Both the position numbers and the translations under genes were made by a program. The notes under the pieces are model-generated. The model was given only the letters and a program-made list of their open reading frames with translations. It made no database searches and was not told the origin of the DNA. DNA of 64,000 nt, taken from contig OZ024741.1 in assembly GCA_964016885.1 (NCBI GenBank), positions 3,844,001-3,908,000 of the forward strand, written 5' to 3'. The DNA is from Eledone cirrhosa (Eukaryota). Positions 1 through 11,000 of the stretch are shown piece after piece (position 1 is the first letter of the stretch; each line of letters opens with the position of its first letter).

Positions 1-499
1 GCTGGTAGTTTGTTCCATGGAGGTTTTAAAGGATCCAGTGTCTCGACAGCTAACAGCTGATGCTGGTAGTTTGTTCTATGGAGGTTTTAAAGGATGCAGT
101 GTCTCGACAGCTAACAACTGGTGCAGGTAGTTTGTTCCATGGAGGTTTTAAAGGATGCAGTGTCTCGACAGCTAACAACTGATGAGGGTAGTTTGTTCCA
201 TGGAGGTTTTAAAGGATGCAGTGTCTCGACAGCTAACAACTGATGCAGGTAGTTTGTTCCATGGAGGTTTTAAAGGATGCAGTATCTCAAAAGCTAACAA
301 CTGATGCAGGTAGTTTGTTCTATAGAGGTTTTAAAGGATGCAGTGTCCCGACAGCTAACAACTGATGCAGGTAGTTTGTTCCATAGAGGTTTTTAAGGAT
401 GCAGTGTCTCAACAGCTAACAACTGATGCAGGTAGTTTGTTCCATGGAGGTTTTGATGGATCCAGTGTCTCCACAGCTAACAACTGATGCAGGTAGTTT

Positions 500-3400
500 G
501 TTCCATGGAGGTTTTAAAGGATGCAGTGTCCCGACAGCTAACAACTGATGCAGGTAGTGTGTTCCATGGAGGTTTTTAAGGATGCGGTGTCTCGACAGCT
601 AACAACTGATGCAGGTAGTTTGTTCCATAGAGGTTTTTAAAGATGCAGTGTCTCGACAGCTAACAACTGATGCAGGTAGTTTGTTCCATGGAGGTTTTAA
701 TGGATCCAGTGTCTCAACAGCTAACAACTAATGGAGGTACTTTGTTCCATGGAGGTTTTAAATGATCCAGTGTCTCGACAGCTAACAACTGATGCAAGTA
801 GTTTGTTCCATGGAGGTTTTAAAGGATGCAGTGTCTCGACAGCTAACAATTAATGCAGGTAGTTTGTTCCATGGAGGTTTTAATGGATCCAGTGTCTCAA
901 CAGCTAACAACTGATGAAGGTAGTTTGTTCCATGGATGTTTTAAAGGATGCAGTGTCTCGACAGCTAACAACTGATGCAGGTAGTTTGTTCCATGGAGGT
1001 TTTAAAGGAAGCAGTGTCTCGACAGCTAACAACTGATGCAGGTAGTTTGTTCCATAGAGGTTTTAAAGGATGCAGTGTCTCGACAGCTAACAACTGATGC
1101 AGGTAGTTTGTTCCATGGATGTTTTAAAGGATGCAGTGTCTCGACAGCTAACAACTGATGAAGGTAGTTTGTTCCATGGAGGTTTTAAAGGATGCAGTAT
1201 CTCAAAAGCTAACAACTGATGCAGGTAGTTTGTTCCATAGAGGTTTTAAAGGATGCAGTGTCCCGACAGCTAACAACTGATGCAGGTAGTGTGTTCCATG
1301 GAGGTTTTTAAGGATGCAGTGTCTCGACAGCTAACAACTGATGCAGGTAGTTTGTTCCATGGAGGTTTTAAAGGAAGCAGTGTCTCGACAGCTAACAACT
1401 GATGCAGGTAGTTTGTTCCATGGACGTTTTAAAGGATCCAGTGTCTTGACAGCTAACAACTGATGCTGGTAGTTTGTTCCATGGAGGTTTTAAAGGATGC
1501 AGTGTCTCGACAGCTAAAACTGATGCAGCTAGTTTGTTCCATGGAGGTTTTAAAGGATGCAGTGTCGCGACAGCTAACAACTGATTCTGGAAGTTTGTTC
1601 CATGGAGGTTTCAAACGATCCAGTGTCTCGACAGCTAACAACTGATGCAGGTAGTTTGTTCCATGGATGTTTTAAAGGATGCAGTGTCTTGATAGCTAAC
1701 AGCTGATGGAGGTAGTTTGTTCCATGGATGTTTTAAAAGATGCAGTCTCGCGACAGCTAACAACCGATGCTGGTAGTTTGTTCCATGGAGGTTTTAAAGG
1801 ATCCAGTGTCTCGACAGCTAACAGCTGATGCTGGTAGTTTGTTCTATGGAGGTTTTAAAGGATGCAGTGTCTCGACAGCTAACAACTGGTGCAGGTAGTT
1901 TGTTCCATGGAGGTTTTAAAGGATGCAGTGTCTCGACAGCTAACAACTGATGAGGGTAGTTTGTTCCATGGAGGTTTTAAAGGATGGAGTGTCTCGACAG
2001 CTAACAACTGATGCAGGTAGTTTGTTCCATGGAGGTTTTAAAGGATGCAGTATCTCAAAAGCTAACAACTGATGCAGGTAGTTTGTTCTATAGAGGTTTT
2101 AAAGGATGCAGTGTCCCGACAGCTAACAACTGATGCAGGTAGTTTGTTCCATAGAGGTTTTTAAGGATGCAGTGTCTCGACAGCTAACAACTGATGCAGG
2201 TAGTTTGTTCCATAGAGGTTTTAAAGGATGCAGTGTCTCGGCAGCTAACAATTGATGCAGGTAGTTTGTTCCATAGAGGTTTTTAAGGATGCAGTGTCTC
2301 GACAGCTAACAACTAATGAAGGTAGTTTGTTCCATGTAGGTTTTAAAGGATCCAGTGTCTCGACAGCTAACAACTGATGTAGGTAGTTTGTTCCATGGAG
2401 GTTTTAAAGGATGCAGTGTCCCGACAGCTAACAACTGATGCAGGTAGTGTGTTCCATGGAGGTTTTTAAGGATGCAGTGTCTCGACAGCTAACAACTAAT
2501 GCAGGTAGTTTGTTCCATAGAGGTTTTTAAGGATGCAGTGTCTCGACAGCTAACAACTGATGCAGGTAGTTTGTTCCATGGAGGTTTTAATGGATCCAGT
2601 GTCTCGACAGCTAACAACTGATGCAGGTAGTGTGTTCCATGGAGGTTTTTAAGGATGCAGTGTCTCGACAGCTAACAACTGATGCAGGTAGTTTGTTCCA
2701 TGGAGGTTTTTAAAGATGCAGTGTCTCGACAGCTAACAACTGATGAAGGTAGTTTGTTCCATGGAGGTTTTTAAAGATGCAGTGTCTCGACAGCTAACAA
2801 CTGATGCAGGTAGTTTGTTCCATGGAGGTTTTTAAAGATGCAGTGTCTCGACAGCTAACAACTGATGCAGGTAGTGTGTTCCATGGAGGTTTTTAAGGAT
2901 GCAGTGTCTCGACAGCTAACAACTGATGCAGGTAGTTTGTTCCATGGAGGTTTTAAAGGATGCAGTGTCTCGACAGCTAACAACTGATGCAGGTAGTGTG
3001 TTCCATGGAGGTTTTTAAGGATGCAGTGTCTCGACAGCTAACAACTAATGCAGGTAGTTTGTTCCATAGAGGTTTTTAAGGATGCAGTGTCTCGACAGCT
3101 AACAACTAATGGAGGTACTTTGTTCCATGGAGGTTTTAAATGATCCAGTGTCTCGACAGCTAACAACTGATGTAGGTAGTTTGTTCCATGGAGGTTTTAA
3201 AGGATGCAGTGTCCCGACAGCTAACAACTGATGCAGGTAGTGTGTTCCATGGAGGTTTTTAAGGATGCAGTGTCTCGCCAGCTAACAACTGATGCAGGTA
3301 GTTTGTTCCATAGAGGTTTTTAAAGATGCAGTGTCTCGACAGCTAACAACTGATGAAGGTAGTTTGTTCCATGGAGGTTTTAAAGGATGCAGTGTCTCAA

Positions 3401-6400
3401 CAGCTAACAACTGATGCAGGTAGTTTGTTCCATGGAGGTTTTAAAGGAAGCAGTGTCTCGACAGCTAACAACTGATGCAGGTAGTTTGTTCCATAGAGGT
3501 TTTAAAGGATGCAGTGTCTCGACAGCTAACAACTGATGCTGGTAGTTTGTTCCATGGATGTTTTAAAGGATGCAGTGTCTCGACAGCTAACAACTGATGA
3601 AGGTAGTTTGTTCCATGGAGGTTTTAAAGGATGCAGTATCTCAAAAGCTAACAACTGATGCAGGTAGTTTGTTCCATAGAGGTTTTAAAGGATGCAGTGT
3701 CTCGACAGCTAACAACTGATGCAGGTAGTTTGTTCCATGGATGTTTTAAAGGATGCAGTGTCTTGACAGCTAACAGCTGATGGAGGTAGTTTGTTCCATG
3801 GATGTTTTAAAGGATGCAGTCTCGCGACAGCTAACAAACGATGCTGGTAGTTTGTTCCATGGAGGTTTTAAAGGATCCAGTGTCTCGACAGCTAACAGCT
3901 GATGCTGGTAGTTTGTTCTATGGAGGTTTTAAAGGATGCAGTGTCTCGACAGCTAACAACTGGTGCAGGTAGTTTGTTCCATGGAGGTTTTAAAGGATGG
4001 AGTGTCTCGACAGCTAACAACTGATGCAGGTAGTTTGTTCCATGGAGGTTTTAAAGGATGCAGTATCTCAAAAGCTAACAACTGATGCAGGTAGTTTGTT
4101 CCATGGAGGTTTTAAAGGATGCAGTATCTCAAAAGCTAACAACTGATGCAGGTAGTTTGTTCTATAGAGGTTTTAAAGGATGCAGTGTCCCGACAGCTAA
4201 CAACTGATGCAGGTAGTTTGTTCCATAGAGGTTTTTAAGGATGCAGTGTCTCAACAGCTAACAACTGATGCAGGTAGTTTGTTCCATGGAGGTTTTGATG
4301 GATCCAGTGTCTCCACAGCTAACAACTGATGCAGGTAGTTTGTTCCATAGAGGTTTTAAAGGATGCAGTGTCTCGACAGCTAACAACTAATGAAGGTAGT
4401 TTGTTCCATGTAGGTTTTAAAGGATCCAGTGTCTCGACAGCTAACAACTGATGTAGGTAGTTTGTTCCATGGAGGTTTTAAAGGATGCAGTGTCCCGACA
4501 GCTAACAACTGATGCAGGTAGTGTGTTCCATGGAGGTTTTTAAGGATGCGGTGTCTCGACAGCTAACAACTGATGCAGGTAGTTTGTTCCATAGAGGTTT
4601 TTAAAGATGCAGTGTCTCGACAGCTAACAACTGATGCAGGTAGTTTGTTCCATGGAGGTTTTAATGGATCCAGTGTCTCAACAGCTAACAACTAATGGAG
4701 GTACTTTGTTCCATGGAGGTTTTAAATGATCCAGTGTCTCGACAGCTAACAACTGATGCAAGTAGTTTGTTCCATGGAGGTTTTAAAGGATGCAGTGTCT
4801 CGACAGCTAACAATTAATGCAGGTAGTTTGTTCCATGGAGGTTTTAATGGATCCAGTGTCTCAACAGCTAACAACTGATGAAGGTAGTTTGTTCCATGGA
4901 TGTTTTAAAGGATGCAGTGTCTCGACAGCTAACAACTGATGCAGGTAGTTTGTTCCATGGAGGTTTTAAAGGAAGCAGTGTCTCGACAGCTAACAACTGA
5001 TGCAGGTAGTTTGTTCCATAGAGGTTTTAAAGGATGCAGTGTCTCGACAGCTAACAACTGATGCAGGTAGTTTGTTCCATGGATGTTTTAAAGGATGCAG
5101 TGTCTCGACAGCTAACAACTGATGAAGGTAGTTTGTTCCATGGAGGTTTTAAAGGATGCAGTATCTCAAAAGCTAACAACTGATGCAGGTAGTTTGTTCC
5201 ATAGAGGTTTTAAAGGATGCAGTGTCCCGACAGCTAACAACTGATGCAGGTAGTGTGTTCCATGGAGGTTTTTAAGGATGCAGTGTCTCGACAGCTAACA
5301 ACTGATGCAGGTAGTTTGTTCCATGGAGGTTTTAAAGGAAGCAGTGTCTCGACAGCTAACAACTGATGCAGGTAGTTTGTTCCATGGACGTTTTAAAGGA
5401 TCCAGTGTCTTGACAGCTAACAACTGATGCTGGTAGTTTGTTCCATGGAGGTTTTAAAGGATGCAGTGTCTCGACAGCTAAAACTGATGCAGCTAGTTTG
5501 TTCCATGGAGGTTTTAAAGGATGCAGTGTCGCGACAGCTAACAACTGATTCTGGAAGTTTGTTCCATGGAGGTTTCAAACGATCCAGTGTCTCGACAGCT
5601 AACAACTGATGCAGGTAGTTTGTTCCATGGATGTTTTAAAGGATGCAGTGTCTTGATAGCTAACAGCTGATGGAGGTAGTTTGTTCCATGGATGTTTTAA
5701 AAGATGCAGTCTCGCGACAGCTAACAACCGATGCTGGTAGTTTGTTCCATGGAGGTTTTAAAGGATCCAGTGTCTCGACAGCTAACAGCTGATGCTGGTA
5801 GTTTGTTCTATGGAGGTTTTAAAGGATGCAGTGTCTCGACAGCTAACAACTGGTGCAGGTAGTTTGTTCCATGGAGGTTTTAAAGGATGCAGTGTCTCGA
5901 CAGCTAACAACTGATGAGGGTAGTTTGTTCCATGGAGGTTTTAAAGGATGGAGTGTCTCGACAGCTAACAACTGATGCAGGTAGTTTGTTCCATGGAGGT
6001 TTTAAAGGATGCAGTATCTCAAAAGCTAACAACTGATGCAGGTAGTTTGTTCTATAGAGGTTTTAAAGGATGCAGTGTCCCGACAGCTAACAACTGATGC
6101 AGGTAGTTTGTTCCATAGAGGTTTTTAAGGATGCAGTGTCTCGACAGCTAACAACTGATGCAGGTAGTTTGTTCCATAGAGGTTTTAAAGGATGCAGTGT
6201 CTCGGCAGCTAACAATTGATGCAGGTAGTTTGTTCCATAGAGGTTTTTAAGGATGCAGTGTCTCGACAGCTAACAACTAATGAAGGTAGTTTGTTCCATG
6301 TAGGTTTTAAAGGATCCAGTGTCTCGACAGCTAACAACTGATGTAGGTAGTTTGTTCCATGGAGGTTTTAAAGGATGCAGTGTCCCGACAGCTAACAACT

Positions 6401-8051
6401 GATGCAGGTAGTGTGTTCCATGGAGGTTTTTAAGGATGCAGTGTCTCGACAGCTAACAACTAATGCAGGTAGTTTGTTCCATAGAGGTTTTTAAGGATGC
6501 AGTGTCTCGACAGCTAACAACTGATGCAGGTAGTTTGTTCCATGGAGGTTTTAATGGATCCAGTGTCTCGACAGCTAACAACTGATGCAGGTAGTGTGTT
6601 CCATGGAGGTTTTTAAGGATGCAGTGTCTCGACAGCTAACAACTGATGCAGGTAGTTTGTTCCATGGAGGTTTTTAAAGATGCAGTGTCTCGACAGCTAA
6701 CAACTGATGAAGGTAGTTTGTTCCATGGAGGTTTTTAAAGATGCAGTGTCTCGACAGCTAACAACTGATGCAGGTAGTTTGTTCCATGGAGGTTTTTAAA
6801 GATGCAGTGTCTCGACAGCTAACAACTGATGCAGGTAGTGTGTTCCATGGAGGTTTTTAAGGATGCAGTGTCTCGACAGCTAACAACTGATGCAGGTAGT
6901 TTGTTCCATGGAGGTTTTAAATGGATGCAGTGTCTCGACAGCTAACAACTGATGCAGGTAGTGTGTTCCATGGAGGTTTTTAAGGATGCAGTGTCTCGAC
7001 AGCTAACAACTAATGCAGGTAGTTTGTTCCATAGAGGTTTTTAAGGATGCAGTGTCTCGACAGCTAACAACTAATGGAGGTACTTTGTTCCATGGAGGTT
7101 TTAAATGATCCAGTGTCTCGACAGCTAACAACTGATGTAGGTAGTTTGTTCCATGGAGGTTTTAAAGGATGCAGTGTCCCGACAGCTAACAACTGATGCA
7201 GGTAGTGTGTTCCATGGAGGTTTTTAAGGATGCAGTGTCTCGCCAGCTAACAACTGATGCAGGTAGTTTGTTCCATAGAGGTTTTTAAAGATGCAGTGTC
7301 TCGACAGCTAACAACTGATGAAGGTAGTTTGTTCCATGGAGGTTTTAAAGGATGCAGTGTCTCAACAGCTAACAACTGATGCAGGTAGTTTGTTCCATGG
7401 AGGTTTTAAAGGAAGCAGTGTCTCGACAGCTAACAACTGATGCAGGTAGTTTGTTCCATAGAGGTTTTAAAGGATGCAGTGTCTCGACAACTAACAACTG
7501 ATGCTGGTAGTTTGTTCCATGGATGTTTTAAAGGATGCAGTGTCTCGACAGCTAACAACTGATGAAGGTAGTTTGTTCCATGGAGGTTTTAAAGGATGCA
7601 GTATCTCAAAAGCTAACAACTGATGCAGGTAGTTTGTTCCATAGAGGTTTTAAAGGATGCAGTGTCTCGACAGCTAACAACTGATGCAGGTAGTTTGTTC
7701 CATGGATGTTTTAAAGGATGCAGTGTCTTGACAGCTAACAGCTGATGGAGGTAGTTTGTTCCATGGATGTTTTAAAGGATGCAGTCTCGCGACAGCTAAC
7801 AAACGATGCTGGTAGTTTGTTCCATGGAGGTTTTAAAGGATCCAGTGTCTCGACAGCTAACAGCTGATGCTGGTAGTTTGTTCTATGGAGGTTTTAAAGG
7901 ATGCAGTGTCTCGACAGCTAACAACTGGTGCAGGTAGTTTGTTCCATGGAGGTTTTAAAGGATGGAGTGTCTCGACAGCTAACAACTGATGCAGGTAGTT
8001 TGTTCCATGGAGGTTTTAAAGGATGCAGTATCTCAAAAGCTAACAACTGAT
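500..8051 (+). repeat. Higher-order duplication, 65-monomer period (3,964 bp): ~500-4086 repeated at ~4464-8051
   Basis: Rare variants recur at a 3964 offset: GATGCGGT monomer (550/4514), CATGGACGTT, the 1-bp-deleted monomer (1465/5429), CTCGGCAG (2241/6205), CTCGCCAG and ACAAACGAT. Identical ORF-track entries lie at 1392 and 5356. 3964 = 65x61-1. The offset becomes 3965 after the insertion at ~6922. Confidence 0.9.
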
Positions 8052-11000
8052 GCAGGTAGTTTGTTCTATAGAGGTTTTAAAGGATGCAGTGTCCCGACAG
8101 CTAACAACTGATGCAGGTAGTTTGTTCCATAGAGGTTTTTAAGGATGCAGTGTCTCGACAGCTAACAACTGATGCAGGTAGTTTGTTCCATGGAGGTTTT
8201 GATGGATCCAATGTCTCGACAGCTAACAACTGATGCAGGTAGTTTGTTCCATAGAGGTTTTAAAGGATGCAGTGTCTCGGCAGCTAACAACTGATGCAGG
8301 TAGTTTGTTCCATAGAGGTTTTTAAGGATGCAGTGTCTCGACAGCTAACAACTAATGAAGGTAGTTTGTTCCATGTAGGTTTTAAAGGATCCAGTGTCTC
8401 GACAGCTAACAACTGATGTAGGTAGTTTGTTCCATGGAGGTTTTAAAGGATGCAGTGTCCCGACAGCTAACAACTGATGCAGGTAGTGTGTTCCATGGAG
8501 GTTTTTAAGGATGCAGTGTCTCGACAGCTAACAACTAATGCAGGTAGTTTGTTCCATAGAGGTTTTTAATGATGCAGTGTCTCGACAGCTAACAACTGAT
8601 GCAGGTAGTTTGTTCCATGGAGGTTTTAATGGATCCAGTGTCTCGACAGCTAACAACTAATGGAGGTACTTTGTTCCATGGAGGTTTTAAATGATCCAGT
8701 GTCTCGACAGCTAATAGCTGATGAATGTAGTTTGTTCCATGGAGGTTTTAAAGAAATGCAGTGTCTCGACAGCTAACAACTGGTGCAAGTTGTTTGTTCC
8801 CAGGAGGTATTAAAGGATTCAGTGTCTCGACAGCTAACAACTGGTGCTGGTAGTTTGTTCCATGGAGGTTTTAAAGGATCCAGTGTCTTGACAGCTAACA
8901 ACTGATGCTGGTAGTTTGTTCCATGGAGGTTTTAAAGGATGCAGTGTCTCGACAGCTAAAACTGATGCAGCTAGTTTGTTCCATGGAGGTTTTAAAGGAT
9001 GCAGTGTCTCGACAGCTAACAACTGATTCTGGAAGTTTGTTCCATGGAGGTTTCAAACGATCCAGTGTCTCGACAGCTAACAACTGATGCAGGTAGTTTG
9101 TTCCATGGATGTTTTAAAGGATGCAGTGTCTTGACAGCTAACAGCTGATGGAGGTAGTTTGTTCCATGGATGTTTTAAAGGATGCAGTCTCGCGACAGCT
9201 AACAACCGATGCTGGTAGTTTGTTCCATGGAGGTTTTAAAGGATCCAGTGTCTCGACAGCCAACAGCTGATGCTGGTAGTTTGTTCTATGGAGGTTTTAA
9301 AGGATGCAGTGTCTCGACAGCTAACAACTGGTGCAGGTAGTTTGTTCCATGGAGGTTTTAAAGGATGCAGTGTCTCGACAGCTAACAACTGATGAGGGTA
9401 GTTTGTTCCATGGAGGTTTTAAAGGATGCAGTGTCTCGACAGCTAACAACTGATGCAGGTAGTTTGTTCCATGGAGGTTTTAAAGGATGCAGTATCTCAA
9501 AAGCTAACAACTGATGCAGGTAGTTTGTTCTATAGAGGTTTTAAAGGATGCAGTGTCCCGACAGCTAACAACTGATGCAGGTAGTTTGTTCCATAGAGGT
9601 TTTTAAGGATGCAGTGTCTCAACAGCTAACAACTGATGCAGGTAGTTTGTTCCATGGAGGTTTTGATGGATCCAGTGTCTCCACAGCTAACAACTGATGC
9701 AGGTAGTTTGTTCCATAGAGGTTTTAAAGGATGCAGTGTCTCGACAGCTAACAACTAATGAAGGTAGTTTGTTCCATGTAGGTTTTAAAGGATCCAGTGT
9801 CTCGACAGCTAACAACTGATGTAGGTAGTTTGTTCCATGGAGGTTTTAAAGGATGCAGTGTCCCGACAGCTAACAACTGATGCAGGTAGTGTGTTCCATG
9901 GAGGTTTTTAAGGATGCGGTGTCTCGACAGCTAACAACTGATGCAGGTAGTTTGTTCCATAGAGGTTTTTAAAGATGCAGTGTCTCGACAGCTAACAACT
10001 GATGCAGGTAGTTTGTTCCATGGAGGTTTTAATGGATCCAGTGTCTCAACAGCTAACAACTAATGGAGGTACTTTGTTCCATGGAGGTTTTAAATGATCC
10101 AGTGTCTCGACAGCTAACAACTGATGCAAGTAGTTTGTTCCATGGAGGTTTTAAAGGATGCAGTGTCTCGACAGCTAACAATTAATGCAGGTAGTTTGTT
10201 CCATGGAGGTTTTAATGGATCCAGTGTCTCAACAGCTAACAACTGATGAAGGTAGTTTGTTCCATGGATGTTTTAAAGGATGCAGTGTCTCGACAGCTAA
10301 CAACTGATGCAGGTAGTTTGTTCCATGGAGGTTTTAAAGGATGCAGTGTCTCGACAGCTAACAACTGATGCAGGTAGTTTGTTCCATGGATGTTTTAAAG
10401 GATGCAGTGTCTCGACAGCTAACAACTGATGAAGGTAGTTTGTTCCATGGAGGTTTTAAAGGATGCAGTATCTCAAAAGCTAACAACTGATGCAGGTAGT
10501 TTGTTCCATAGAGGTTTTAAAGGATGCAGTGTCCCGACAGCTAACAACCGATGCTGGTAGTTTGTTCCATGGAGGTTTTAAAGGATCCAGTGTCTCGACA
10601 GCTAACAGCTGATGCTGGTAGTTTGTTCTATGGAGGTTTTAAAGGATGCAGTGTCTCGACAGCTAACAACTGGTGCAGGTAGTTTGTTCCATGGAGGTTT
10701 TAAAGGATGCAGTGTCTCGACAGCTAACAACTGATGAGGGTTGTTTGTTCCATGGAGGTTTTAAAGGATGGAGTGTCTCGACAGCTAACAACTGATGCAG
10801 GTAGTTTGTTCCATGGAGGTTTTAAAGGATGCAGTATCTCAAAAGCTAACAACTGATGCAGGTAGTTTGTTCTATAGAGGTTTTAAAGGATGCAGTGTCC
10901 CGACAGCTAACAACTGATGCAGGTAGTTTGTTCCATAGAGGTTTTTAAGGATGCAGTGTCTCGACAGCTAACAACTGATGCAGGTAGTTTGTTCCATAGA

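Noticed and set aside
39-44. TGTCTC auxin-response element in each monomer
   Set aside because: A 6-mer match in an unknown host is not evidence. The two TGTC half-sites overlap rather than showing the spaced arrangement ARF dimers prefer, and no gene is nearby.
1-61. CENP-B box or assignment to a known centromeric satellite (alpha satellite, CEN178, CentO)
   Set aside because: No TTCG....A..CGGG motif is present, and the monomer length and sequence match no family I recognise.
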